Notes: a model not told the origin generated them from the letters alone. A stretch of DNA of 64,000 nucleotides from Eledone cirrhosa (GCA_964016885.1 OZ024746.1:53878001-53942000), one strand, 5' to 3'. Counted from the stretch's first letter, positions 28,399-42,495 are shown. A program made the numbers and translations.

Positions 28399-28403
<5 letters not shown>
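28235..28403 (+). mobile_element. Family E fold-back element (~100-bp hairpin + tail) in (TA)n
   Basis: CATACTCACTATTTGGTTGG...CCAACCAAATAGTGAGTATG. Tail end ATGACTCTCCCCAAGTATAACA resembles ~50200-50226. Confidence 0.7.
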
Positions 28404-28473
<70 letters not shown>

Positions 28474-28715
28474 TATAAAGAATGACAATTCAGTGTTGCA
28501 TCATATCACATTTATTAACATATTACATATGTTTCTCTATCGATCAGGTCGAGGCAAGATTTATTTCAGATCGAACCTGACTCTGCAATCGAAAGTTCCT
28601 GAAATATGTCTTTTGTGTGAGAGATCGTTTCCGATTATATTATATTCTGCGCTGCGCGAGCATCGAGTGTTCAACCGGCATACCGCCTACGGACGCATTT
28701 ACCTTGCAATCCTAC

Positions 28716-28807
<92 letters not shown>

Positions 28808-29984
28808 AAACAAAACAAGGACGAATCGTTACTCCTTCATTGCGTTTATTGAACCTAGAGTAACTCCGCATTACACTCCATGGATATATATATATATCTT
28901 TCTACTTCTTTCAATGTTGGTCCATCTCTCTATATATTTATCTAGCTATCAATCTATCCATCTATCAAATGCTATTAAGGAAGGGGATATTCGATATTAT
29001 AGCCCTAAAAATATTTCCCAAACGTTACAATGGTCCTAGCTAGAAAGTCCCTGGACACTACATGCTTGCTCATTCATAACTGACCGGGTACATCCACTAC
29101 AATTATTGCTTTATGTATTCACAGTAGATTCTAAAATAAATATATTTAAGGAGAAACAGTATTGATAATTCTATCATCTCAAGTCCTTTGCAAAAGATTA
29201 GATAGATGAAGCTCCCTGGATTGAATGGCAAATTCGTAATCCCGAGGATGGGGCGGAGATGCACCGAAGATCATGGCATTGCCGTGAATGTTTAGGGTTG
29301 CCTCAAAACATTTTCAGAGGGTGATAACAGTATTTCTCTTGTTAGTAGTGTATTTAAGCGATTCTTAACTTTATCATAGCTATGATTAACTTTCTACTTA
29401 GGACAAACACCACAGTTTGAGGTCCACTATTCCATTATTTACTTATTTTAATTTTCTTTCGTCCTTTTATCTGTGTTTTTTGTTTTATCACACACATACA
29501 TCATACCAGCAGAAAGATTTATATTTTCTGCTGCACGATCCAGCATATGAAAATGGAACTCTCAATTAAATCGTGCGAAACCTTGCTGTTTTGAAAGCTG
29601 GTGTGGGTGAAGATGTGTGTGTGTGTGTGTGAACTTGTTTCTTTACATCACCTTTCTATATTTCCTTCTTCCAGTCACGTCTATGCGCCAACACATTCTC
29701 CTTATCCTCCTCATCTTTCAATCTTTTTTATATTTCATGTCTGTCACCGACCCCGTGGATCGTTTCTCTGTCGGCCACTGGCCGCTGGTCTCTGTCCTCT
29801 GAGGCATTTTTGCCCATCGCTGTCATTGACAGTATTTGACTGTTTTGACGACTGTTCTAGCAATGAGTTGTCTCATTATATAATCTAGTTGACTCGTTAC
29901 CCCGGAGGATAGTGAGGGAAATCTACTGAAAAAGCTAGTCATCTCGCAAAGTTCGTCCTTGTGGACAGCCACCTCACTTCCAAG

Positions 29985-30168
29985 ATTGGCAGAATCGGTA
30001 GAGGGTCGGACACCATACTTTGTATCATAGAGTTATGCCCCTTTACGGTCTGAGTTCAAATGCCGCTGAGGTTAACTTTGCCTTTCATCCTTACGGAGTC
30101 GATAAAATAAAGTACCAGTAATGCACTGGGATAATTGCTGACTTTGTGCCAAAAATAGAAACAATTAT
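29985..30168 (+). mobile_element. tRNA/Nin-domain SINE
   Basis: Family core. Confidence 0.88.
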
Positions 30169-30570
30169 TTTGTTGGACACATGATCATAAGTGCCTAAGT
30201 TCAATTCTTTGACATAATGCCAAATTCATACCCGGGAGGATAGTGGGAGAAATTTGCTGAAAGAGCCGAAGTCTTGATTCCCACATAGTGTTCTTCAGAA
30301 AGATTCTCCATTTCACGTTGCATTTCTTGACAAATCCGAGAAATCTTCCTTAAGAGGAAACCCCGTAGAAGGTCAGCTATACTTAAAAAGTTGTGACTTG
30401 TAAATTTCAATATCCCCCATACGTAGAAAGGTAGATTAGGACCTTAGGACATCCGATATTTATCATACGATAAAAATATCGGAGATCGGCTGGTGCTTTG
30501 ACAGCTTCAGATGTGCGATATAATCTTGACAAATAATTTTGCTAGTCAGCTGCTACAAGCATCATTCGTT

Positions 30571-30740
30571 TAGGGTCGGACGCCATGCTTTGCAGCAAAG
30601 AGTTACGGCCCTTTATGGTCCGAGTTCATATCCGGCCGAGGTTAACTTTGCTTTAAATCCTTACGGGTTCGATAAATTAAAGTACCAGTAATGTACTGGT
30701 ATAATTCCTGGCCTTGTGTCAAAAGTAGAAACAATTATTA
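30571..30740 (+). mobile_element. tRNA/Nin-domain SINE, 5'-truncated
   Basis: Family core. Confidence 0.85.
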
Positions 30741-31637
30741 TGTGTTGCTTGACTACCGTCAAGTGTTCCAATTGTTCTAACAGCCAGTTTATGAAATGAA
30801 TGTGCAAGTGGCTAAATATTCTACAGGTATGTAGTATTCAGTAAGGTGCATTTTTTTCAGCTGAGCAGACTGGTGCAACACCAAATAAAGACCACAGCAC
30901 GCAGACAAGAGTCGAACTCACAACCTTCAATTGTTGGGCAAACATTCTAACCAGTAAACCACGCACTTTCATTTATTATTATAATATATTTTTAAAAATG
31001 AACGAGAACGAACAAGATTGACATATCCAAATAAAAGCCTTATTGAGGACCACTCAGTCTCACCAGTTAGCTGCCCTGTGTAGAGGGGAATCTGAGGATT
31101 TGATTTCATGAAGTGCACACTGACTGATCATAGGCGGTCTTCTCATAATAATACACATTTGCTACGAAGACATGTTGAAGACTATCAAAATAGACTTCAA
31201 TGTCTGCTCTCATTAGCCCAGTCAAACACATCAACCAACTAACCAACCGACCAACAGAGACACCACCTACCGGCTGATTCTGAACAACTAGTAACAAGTC
31301 ACTACATGTCTCCCACTGACTTCATATATCTCTTTTTTACTAAGCTGGCTTATTGATATTGTTATTCCTTCTTCTTATCATTATTCGTTTTCTTCGATTC
31401 GATGCAATCTTAATGAACATACATGAAAATAAAATCGGATTAAAAGTATTTAACCCTTTATTTACCATATTTCTGATAAAGTCCTCTATCTATAATCCTG
31501 AAATCCTTTTGAAAACAAACAAGTTTGAGGGATCTAGTAATAAAACTAGCCTTCTCATTATTAAGTTAGTGATTGAAGCATGATTTAAAATTTGGTACAT
31601 AAAATTATGGTGAAAGTTTCTTATACAAACACTTTAA

Positions 31638-31858
31638 CCCTTTAGCATTTAAACCAGCCATATCCGGACAGAATTCTCTCACCTCTTTATCTTCAAACTA
31701 GCTGTAACTGGCCACTCATACTGATATTAAGGTATTGTTCTCAAAATAAATAATATCAAAATCGCATACATTTGATATAATGTGAGATAATTATGTGAGG
31801 TAAAGCCTTTCCCATGAAAATATAATAGCAAATATAGAGTAATGTAACTGCTAAAGGT
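31638..31858. mobile_element. piggyBac-type MITE
   Basis: TTAA-CCCTTTAGCA ... TGCTAAAGGT-TTAA. Confidence 0.65.
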
Positions 31859-32089
31859 TTAACCATTTCATCGTCATATATCTATTGATATAAATTGTCT
31901 GTAATTTTCAAATAATTTTGAAAACAATCAAGAAATTTGAGGGGTTTAGTAATAATATAATTAACTTGCGCATTTATTAAGCAAGTGTTAGGAACACAAC
32001 TTATCAAACGTTCATAAGATTATGATTATCGGTATTTAGGTAAGGCTTGCCACGCTCTAAAGTCGTAAAATCTGTCCAGCGATTCTATT

Positions 32090-32510
32090 CTGAGATAGTC
32101 AAACCACATACTCGTAGTATCGGAGCTGTGATCGCTCAATTCGGAGAAGTAGTCTCTCTACCTGGAGCGACTCTCGGATATCTTAGCTACGCACTCTATC
32201 GAGTAACGTTACTCTAAGGATCCTTCCAAGGAACCCCATTTCGGCCGCTTGTATTCGCGATCGAATTCTTTCGGTCATTACCCAAGATTCATGACTATAG
32301 TTAAGGGTTGGCATGAATACCGAATTGAAGATAGTGAGATTGGGTTTTACAATTAACTCCCTTCTTCTGATGACTGAATACTGAAGCTGGCTCATAACTG
32401 TACCAGCTCCTGAAAATCTTGCAATTCTCGCTTTTTATCATTCGTGAACACGCCCCGAGATACTTGAACTTCTCCCCCCGCTTTAGTGATACTTCACTTA
32501 TATATGGAGT
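32090..32510 (-). mobile_element. RTE (Expander-like) RT fragment
   Basis: EKFKYLG; IFNSVFMPTLNYSHESWVMTERIRSRIQAAEMGFL-RI--VTLLDRVRS. Confidence 0.88.
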
Positions 32511-33820
32511 GCACTGCGCAGACCTCCATGAGAGGAGTGTCTCAGTATTCACGAATGTTGTCGTAGTTAAATATTTTTTTATCCTTTCGAGGTAGAAAAA
32601 TATACTAGCGGTCTAATACTGGAATTGATTCTTGTTCTATCTCTGTTTTCCATTTTCTTTGTGTCCTTTCAAGAGGGCTGGTGTGATTTGAGGGAGATTT
32701 GTTTGACTGCTATTTACATCCGGTCGAGCGATTCGTAATCCTGCCATGGTAGAGCAGTAAGAAGACCTATTATCAAAGATATTCCAGACACGACCATCCG
32801 ATCTTCTTATTTAGCTAAAATACATCAATCTTTGTGTCTTCCGTCTTAAAGAGAGTCGAGCGTATTGTGAGGGAGATTTAACTCCTAATTCTAACATATC
32901 GAGACAACATAGAATATTGTTCGTTGATTCCAGTTTAATATATTGTTGACGTTATTTCATCTCACACAGCATAGGTTCAGCTGGCCTCCTACTTGGTTAC
33001 ATCTCATAAGAGGTGTCTGGATATTTCAAAGATCATATCATGCAAATAATCCCCTTTGGGCCGTACCCCAGTCCACAACAGGGGTTAACCCTCAGCTGCT
33101 ACTGTCAGGACTCAGTTTCTCAGCCGAGTGGACTGGAACAACGTGAAATGAAGCATATTGCTAAAAAATTAATATATGTCAACCGGTCAAAGAATCGAAC
33201 CACGATTATATTATCGGAAATCCAACATACTGGCCACTAGGCCATGCATCTTCACGTAAGCTAGTGTATGTGTGTGTGTGTGTGTGTATGGGGGGGGGGG
33301 GATTCTACGATCGTATCAAGTAGAAGACTTGCCTATCAATCACTTGAAACATCAGATAGACGAATTGAGGTCATGGAACGCTGTACCATTTACGTTTAAT
33401 AATCTCTAAGCCTTAGAGTCTAAGGGGTAAGAAACTCCCTTAAGAGCTGGACAGTAGAAGATCTTCAGAGAAGAAACCCCATCCTCAAGCCATTGTTTCG
33501 GCCCTCAACTTCTTAAACTTTAGATACCTAAAAATCGACTTGTTAATTTAAATGTTTATAGTATTCTTATAGGTGGTGAGATCATTATGAACCTCTTTTA
33601 ACATTATTAGACTATAGACTTTAATTTTTAATATCATGCAGTCATAGTGCTGTTTTAGAATTTGTAAGAATGTCTTGTTAATGTGGTTAAGAGTTAATAA
33701 GGTCATTAAAACGATTTTAATTAACCGATCATTTTAAAATAATGTTTCAATTATCACTTTGACGAATATTTACATGATATGATAGCCCGAATTTTATAAA
33801 ATTTATTTCCCCACCATACA

Positions 33821-33941
<121 letters not shown>

Positions 33942-34277
33942 CTGAGGGGGGGGGGGTATATACATATACGTATCACACAGATGATGCTCTTCCTGCTGCT
34001 TTTGTTTCTAGTGATGTTGTAGTAGTTAGTGGTTGTTTGGCTGTATTTACTCATGAACTTTGAACCCCACTGAAAGTTTTCGTCGGCTGGCATTGAGGTT
34101 TTAATTGAATGTCCAACAGACAAGTGTGTGGCACATCGCCAGCAAGTCGGCCATGATCACAACTTGTGCTATTTTCATACTTTCCACTTGGCTAACATCT
34201 TCATTTACACATATCTGCTGGCACTGACATTAATTAATATTTTTCTTTCTACTCTCTTTGGCTATTATATATGTATG

Positions 34278-34355
<78 letters not shown>

Positions 34356-34994
34356 CATATATATCTTTGTGTGTATGTGTATATATATAATAAGGAGTTG
34401 ACGGACCCAGCATATTTATCAATATATATATATTTATAAATATATATATATTCATTTATATTTATATATATACGTGTTTGTGTGCGCGTGTACGTGTATA
34501 CACACACACCAATATATATATATATATATTTATATATATTGGTGTGTGTGTATACACGTATATATATATACATATATAGTGTTATTATTAAAGCTGCAAC
34601 ACTATACCGATGACTCGAGGTCCAAGAGCTTTGTGGTTGAGCGCCCTCTTCGAAACTGGATATTGATATATAGGTAGATAGATACATATAATTACATATT
34701 TACACACATACGAACAGATATATCTGTGCCTGTGGCCTAGCTTAAACATCACTTCTTCTCTCACTACCTAGGCCAGAATGTCCTCTCGTTCATTACCTAC
34801 ACGAGGAAGTTATTTCGAATACTGTCTACCTAGATCAAAAAGTTCTCTCTCACTCACTGCTTATTTTCACCAATACAAACAGATTTCATTAAATTTAACC
34901 GGGGTCGATAAAATAAAGTACCAGTAATGCACTGTGTAATTTGCTGGCCTTGTGCCCAAAGTAGAAACAATTAAATTTAACTATGTATGTATGT

Positions 34995-36190
34995 GATTTT
35001 GGACACCCTGCAGGACAAAAAACAAAACCTGACAAAGAGCGGAAGAACTCATAAGAGTCAACGGCCATCCAAAAGTGTGTAAATATGTATATACACATGT
35101 ACATGTGTATGTATAGGTATATGTGTATATACATGGGTGCATGTGTGTGTATATGCACGGGGACATAGAAATAGTCGGGCTGGACACCCGATCGCGCGGT
35201 TAAACCACTGGGAGTGAAGGACCCCTAGCCTTTGTCAAGGCATTCTTCTAGGAGAAGGCAACTCAGGAAACTGGGATAACTCCGATATAAAACCTGCGGC
35301 TCAGTAGTTACCTATGATGTTGATCTTTTCTTCTTTTCGGGTTATAGCTACTGTTGCTCAGAGAGTGGGATTGATTCAGTGTCTTTCCTCACTTTAAAAA
35401 ATATCTTCACGCACAGGCATTGCACGATAGAACTAATTAATTGTTTCTACTTTTGGCATAAGGCCAGCAATTATTCCAGTGCATTACTGGTACTTTATTT
35501 TATCGACCCCGTAAGGATGAAAGGCAAAGTTAACCTCGGCACGTGCAATGGCCATACTCGATAACAAGGAGGAAGCCATCATGTATGTATGTATGTATGT
35601 ATGTATGTAAGGTTTCTTGGTGAGGAGGGAGACTTAGGACATCCTGCAGGACTAAAAACAAAATCTGTCAATGGAAAAAGGAGCTCTTAAGAGTTAATGG
35701 CCATCCAAAATCACCGGGAGAGATGACCCCTTAGCCTTTGTCAAGGCAGAATTCTAGGAGAAGGAAAACTCTGATATAACACCTGTAATCCTGATGGTAT
35801 CCAATGATGTTGACTTGTTCTTCTTTTTGGTAAATATCATCTTGGTTAAGAGAGTGGGATTGGCTTTGTGCAGTGCCTTTGCTCACTATAAAAGCTTCAC
35901 GGCACAGGCATTGCTTTATATCTGGAGATCTTTCTGCACTTGTCGTCACATGGTACCATGGGCCAAGCACTATGTGTCAATAATTGTCACAAGTGTAGTG
36001 TTTGTACCAGAGTTTTCAAGTCGCTGGCTGGACTAAAAAGACACACTCGTTCAGCGCATCGGTAGGGGTTCTCCTACATGGATATAAAGTAGTGGCCGTA
36101 CTCGAAAACGAGTTGGCAGCCACCACGTATGTATGTATGTATGTATGTATGTATGTATGTATGTATGTATGTATGTATGTATGTATGTAT
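34995..36190 (+). mobile_element. Two tandem non-coding RTE-derived (5'UTR + 3'end) elements with (TATG)n tails; SINE fragment nested at 35438-35540
   Basis: Shared blocks GGACA-CCTGCAGGAC..GGCCATCCAAAA and TAGCCTTTGTCAAGGCA..TCTAGGAGAAGG; 3' motif TGGCC-TACTCGA-AAC..AGCCA-CA-(GTAT)n. Confidence 0.65.
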
Positions 36191-36194
36191 GTAT

Positions 36195-37808
36195 GATATG
36201 ATCTTCTCAGCTAGACAGCTCCAGGAGAAGTGCATGGAACAATGCTTGGATCTGTGTCAGGTTTTTGTCGATCTGACAAAAGCTTTCGATACTGTTAACA
36301 GAGATGCATTATGGAAGATTCTCCAGAAACTTGGTTGCCCTGATAAGTTCCTTGCTTTAGTTAGGTCTTTCCATGACGACATGAAGGCTTGGGTTAATGT
36401 CGGAGGTAACATGTCGGAGCCTATCTCAGTAAAAAATGGAGTGAAACAGGGGGATATTCCAGCACCGACCCTGTTTGCCATATACTTTGCAATGGTTTTC
36501 TGTATTGCATTCAGGAATTGCGAGCATGGTGTTTACATCCGATATCGAAACCTCAGGCAGCATATTTAACATCAGGCGCTTTGCTGCAAAGACAAAAGTA
36601 TTTACATCAATCATAAGAAACCTCTTGTATGCAGATGATTGCGATCTTGTAGCGCACACAGAGAGTGATATGCAGCACATTTTGAATGCATTTTCTGACG
36701 CTTGCACTGCCCTAGGATTGACTTCCAGTCTCAAGAAAACAATCGTCATGTACCAACCTACCCCTGGTAAGCAGTACACTGAACCAAATATCTATGTGTA
36801 TGGTAAACGACTTGGAGTGGTTGATCAGTTTGTCTACCTGGGAAGCACTGTCAATCGATACGGCAACCTTGACAGTGAAATCTCACTTAGGATTAGGAAA
36901 GCAAGTGATGCTTTCGGAAAGCTAGAAATGCGACTCTGGGGTCGGCGAGACATATGCAGGAGGACAAAGGTAAAGGTGTACAGGGCATGTGTGCTCTCTT
37001 GTCTTCTTTATGCCTGCGAGACCTGGGTCACATATCGACACCACCTTAAGCAATTGGAGCGTTTCCATCAGATGTGTCTCAGACGGATCCATGGCGTTCA
37101 CTGGAGGGACCACATCAGTGATGTCGAGATTTTGGAAAGCTCTATGTGTGACAGTATAGAAGCTCTTGTGCTTAAGCAACGACTCCGTTGGAGTGGTCAC
37201 CTTGCCAGGATGAAGGATTCTAGAATACCAAAACAACTCTTTTATGGAGAGTTGGTTAAAGGAAAACGATCGCCACATAAACCAAAAAAGAGGTATAAGG
37301 ATTCCTTGAAAGCCTCTCTGAAAGACGCTAACATCTCTGCTGATACATGGAAAAATATTGCTGCTGATCGTAATAAATGGAGAAAGACTGTATATGAGGG
37401 AAAAGTTGCCTTTGAGGCATCTCGAATCGCATACGAGAAAGTAAAGCGGGATGTGAGGAAGCGCATTGCTGTTGCACTTCCAGACGGCGAGGGTCCTCCT
37501 ATGGTGCTGACATGCAGCGTCTGTGCGAAACTCTGCCTAAGCAAAGCTAGACGCGAAAGTCATCTTCGCAGTCATAAAGTAAGACCAGTGGTTGACTACC
37601 AGGCTGCTGTTGGAGATGCTACTCATCGTGCTTGCCAAATATGTGGTAGAGAATGTAAATTAGCAGGAGGGCTCAAGCGACATGCAAAAGTACACGAACT
37701 CCAACCACACCCGACTATTCCCAGTGAATGTTTTGGTTGCTGACTCTGTGCAAGACATTTTAGATAATTGGCTGGGCTAAAAAGCCACATTCGATCGCAG
37801 CGCTGTTA
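36195..37808 (+). mobile_element. RTE-clade LINE, 5'-truncated RT with three C-terminal C2H2 fingers; frameshift ~36550
   Basis: DMIFSARQLQEKC, FVDLTKAFDTVNR, GVKQG, LLYADD, FVYLGS, LLYACETW, RLRWSGHLARM..RIPKQLFYGEL. Fingers: CSVC..H..H, CQIC..H...H and C*LC..LKSHIRSQ. Confidence 0.95.
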
Positions 37809-38004
37809 GTTGCTATCGTGTGTGTGTGTGTGTATAGATATGTTTATGTGTGTGCGTGTATGTGTATATATATATGTATATGTATATTATTATTGTTGTT
37901 GTCGTTAGTATTATTGTTGTTATTATTATTATTATTATTATTAATGTATATGTGTGTGTGTATATATGTGTGTGTATGTATGTATATGTACGTGTATGTA
38001 TATA

Positions 38005-38079
<75 letters not shown>

Positions 38080-38169
38080 CTTTTTTTATTTTTATTTTCT
38101 TTTTTATTTATTTATTAATTTTTATTTTTTATTTAAAAAAAATTTTTTTTATTTATTTTTTATTTTTTT

Positions 38170-38449
38170 CTCCTCGTGCAATGGCCATTCTCGATAACGA
38201 AGGGGCAGCCATCATCATGTATGTATGTATGTTCTCTCCGTTCTAAGAAGTGGCCGGACCCGGACACGGACACGAATAGGCTTTCCACTATGTATGTATG
38301 CACTGTATGTATATATGAATGTATGTATCTATGTATCCATATAAGTATGTAGGCATGTGTGTTTGTATGTATGTATGTATGTACGTGCGCATGCATGTAC
38401 GTATATATATATATATGTATGAATGTATGTATGTACGTACATACGCATG

Positions 38450-38481
<32 letters not shown>

Positions 38482-38483
38482 TG

Positions 38484-38514
<31 letters not shown>

Positions 38515-38745
38515 CTACTGAGCCGCAGGTTTTACATCGATGATGTTGACCTTTTCTTCTTTTCGGATTATAGCTACTGTCGCTCAGAGAGTGGGATTGG
38601 TTCAGTGCACAGTCTTTCCTCACTTTAAAAAATATCTTCATACACAGCAGGCATTGCACGATAGAATTAATTAATAATTATTAATAATGGTATATCATGC
38701 AATGGCCCTACTCGATAACGAGGGGCAGCCATCATGTATGTATGT
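38170..38745 (+). mobile_element. RTE 3' termini with (TATG)n tails and a further non-autonomous fragment
   Basis: TGCAATGGCC..CTCGATAACGA..GGGCAGCCATCAT(GTAT)n at ~38176 and ~38698. 38540-38670 matches 35315-35438. Confidence 0.72.
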
Positions 38746-39220
38746 AGGAATTAAGGACCTGTATATAGTATATTGTTGATAGTGATTGTTTACTTCGTAG
38801 ATTCGCTGACGTTATTAGCTTCTCACATCAATTTAATATTAAAGATAATTTTTTCCTTATTTCCGTAGTAATAGTATTCAAAGTGGAACGACGAGATTTT
38901 TCTGTTCCTCGAGATCGAATTTGAGAGAGGTCTGTGGCTGATATGTATAATCAGCTTAATTACATCCTCTCTATATCTATGAATATTGACAAATTCTTTT
39001 CTTGCCAACCAAGGAGGTTTTATAAGACTAAAATATCTAAATTTCTATTATCAATACTTGATATGAATTTCAAGTGGCGAATTGGCTGAGTTGGATAAAA
39101 GGCTTTATGATATTCGTTCCGTCTCCCTGCTCTCTGAGTTCCAACCCCGCCGAGGTCAACTTTGATTTTCATCTTTTCGAGGTCAATAAAAAAACCAGTT
39201 TAATACTGGCGTCGATTGTT

Positions 39221-39267
<47 letters not shown>

Positions 39268-39744
39268 TTCTATCCTTCTCTGGAAGAAATCTGCTGCACT
39301 CAGGTCTGGAGAAGGTTGGCTTAAAATGCCCAAGAAACGCTGTATGTCAATACAGCGCTCCTTCTACTCAACGAGTTACGGGACCATACGAACAAATATA
39401 GATTTGAGTTACTCTCACATTTGGCTTGTCTATATAATTTAAATCGTCTCCATCCTGTGATATTATAGGATTTATTTCATGCAACTGTTGTATTAAAGTT
39501 AAAATATTTAACTACTTGGCAATCTTGAATAAACGGAGATTTTTCAACTCACAATATCACATAGACACACATGCACACACACACACACACACATGCAAGC
39601 ATACGCAAGCATACGCACACACACACACACGCAAGCATACGCACACACACACATATAGACATACATGCGTACATACCTATTTACATACATGCATACATAC
39701 AGAGAAACACACACATACACATAATCTCTACAGCAGACACACAT

Positions 39745-39801
<57 letters not shown>

Positions 39802-39980
39802 CAGGACAGGCAAACTGTATTAATTTAATTAGTATTTTTCAATCTAGCTAATTTGGTCATTTGCAATACAAACACTTATATACTTGTATTAGTTTTATCA
39901 TATATTCATTTGTATTACACGGCTCAGAAATATCTCTTTCTTTGAGCTATTTAATTGTAAAAGACTGTTTGAGTTTATCA

Positions 39981-40043
<63 letters not shown>

Positions 40044-40047
<4 letters not shown>

Positions 40048-40962
40048 GAAACACACAGATACATGCGGACACACACATATATACATGAATGCATCCGCAC
40101 CCAACTGTGAGTTAAGGGTGCCAACTTCACCGATGTTGCTCAATGAATGACTGGGACAGACCAATTCAGTTTGAACTAGACTGAACCAGTATCAGAGTTA
40201 AAAATACATTATGAAGAGAGAAGAAACATTTAGATATAATTAGTAATAAAATGTATCATACCTAAACTGTTCCTAAATTCCTCGACTACGTAGTTTCGTG
40301 GCATAAACAAAAACAATATATCAAAGATATAGAGTCCTTGCGAGGTCTGCCGACTTATCAAGAGGATACCTCATTTTACTAGTCTCAAGAACGCGTCTAC
40401 ACGACGTGAGAAAGAATCCCAAAAGGCGGAGGGGGAGATAGTCACGCGATATAACGGTCGAGAAACAGAGCTAAGCCTCCTATAACCACGAAGAAAATAC
40501 CACGGAGGCGGAGGGGGTATTCATATCGAGGCCGCAGAAGAGGTAGCGAAGAAGGCGAGAAGTATGAGTAATGGAAGCTTTCCAGTTGTCCCCACACTTC
40601 AAAGATTGCTCGACCAGAGGGAGTTATTAATATATTTAGAAACACACAGATACATGCGGACACACACATATATACATGAATGCATCCGCACCCAACTGTG
40701 AGTTAAGGGTGCCAACTTCACCGATGTTGCTCAATGAATGACTGGGACAGACCAATTCAGTTTGAACTAGACTGAACCAGTATCAGAGTTAAAAATACAT
40801 TATGAAGAGAGAAGAAACATTTAGATATAATTAGTAATAAAATGTATCATACCTAAACTGTTCCTAAATTCCTCGAAACTACGTAGTCGAGGAATTTAGG
40901 AACAGTTTAGGTATGATACATTTTATTACTAATTATATCTAAATGTTTCTTCTCTCTTCATA

Positions 40963-40966
<4 letters not shown>
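40044..40966 (-). mobile_element. Retrozyme-like non-coding element: 591-bp partial tandem plus inverted 5' flap; degenerate hammerhead 40280-40365
   Basis: 40044-40285 is repeated at 40635-40876; 40874-40966 is inverted. Minus strand reads CCTC TTGATAA GTCGGCA...TGCCAC GAAAC TACGTA GTC GAGG. Confidence 0.8.
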
Positions 40967-41000
<34 letters not shown>

Positions 41001-41289
41001 CTTATTATTTTATAATTGTAATTGCTACAGTGTTATTATTGTCGCTGCGTATATATATATATATATATATGTGTGTGTCTTTATATTTTCTGTGTGTAAC
41101 TATATGGATTGTTCTAGTGGAAAATGTCTCTTTATAGTTATGTATGTATACATATTTTGTGTTCAGTCTATATAGAGGTAAGGTGCAGTATTGTTGATTG
41201 TGTATGTATTTATGTATACATATTTATGTAGCTTATTCCGTTTAACTGTGTTTTGAGTGTAGTTTGATGTGTACATACATGTATATGCT

Positions 41290-41960
41290 TTAAAAGATGC
41301 CGTGGAGTAAAGGGGTTGAAAGATTGTGTGTCAGGCTTGTATTCTTCCATGTTGAGGGGATGAGGCATCTCATATGGGGGCATCCTCTGATGAGTTTATG
41401 TTTAGTATTTATATATTTCTCAGAGGAATTCAAACACTTCAATAATTTACATTTTTCGTTTAAGCAAAGTGTACACCTCTTTGTTCCTTTTCTACAAATC
41501 TTCAATTTGATCATATATGGAATCTCTTTATCCTTTAGGTCCCACATATCATTTTCCAGTGCCCTGGCCATCCACATTTTCTGACGTTTGAATGATACGA
41601 CACGTGAGTACTACCATTTTTTAAAAGCAGTCTTGTATTATACACACATATTGTTCTCTGCTCTCTGAGGTTTCACACATGACCTAATTGTTATATGTTT
41701 GTTTCAGCTGGCATTCTTCTTTTATCCTGCATAATCATTCCGAGCTTACATCAGATTCATTTCTATTTGTAATTTGTGCTTTTATAGAAGGACTTCAGTA
41801 GAAGCTGATCATCACCGACTGCCTGTTGAAAATGTTCCTATACTTATTTTCAGGCAAAAAATGTTTAAGTAATAATTCTAAAAATATTTTACCTATATTA
41901 GACACCAGTGCCAAGGTGTAGGGAGTGTAAACAACATTATAATTCTTTTCCTATTTTTAC
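41290..41960 (-). mobile_element. Degraded Naiad-type PLE endonuclease C-terminus
   Basis: WDLKDKEIPY..KGTKRCTLCLNEK..INTKHKLIRGCPH parallels WSLKD..KRPCDLCTAE..LNKKSE..CKH in the 778..2154 ORF. Confidence 0.7.
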
Positions 41961-41981
41961 GTGTATTTTGGCTGGTAGTGG

Positions 41982-42022
<41 letters not shown>

Positions 42023-42121
42023 ATCTAAGAATCCGTGAGTCCTATCAAATACCTTTCATATATCTATCTATCTAATATATATATATATATCTATCTATCT
42101 AATATATATATATATATATAT

Positions 42122-42495
42122 AGGAACAAGTATGACCCCGACGGCAGAGCTCAAGCCGTTTCGACGGCTATTTCTGGAGTCCAGAAATAGTCGTCGAAAT
42201 AGCTTGAACTCTGCCGTCGGGGTCATACTTGTTCCTATTACCCACTCTACTACCCTAAGTATTGAGTACTTTGGTGCGTTATGGTCCATCTGGTTCCTTA
42301 CCACAATTCCTTCGTTATAAAACAAACAACAAAGATGTTTGGTGTGGTAAGATACCAAGTGGGCCAAAACGTACCAGAGTTCTCAATACTTAGGTAGTAA
42401 AGTGGGTAATACGAAAAGACGGCCGTTTCGACAGCTAGATCCGATCTAGCTGTCGAAACGGCCGGAGCTCAGCCGTTGGGTTCCTGACTCTTTTC
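42122..42495. mobile_element. Two family B fold-back elements tail-to-tail (42122-42316 +, ~42330-42495 -)
   Basis: Palindromes centred ~42179 and ~42442, each with the family tail. Confidence 0.85.
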
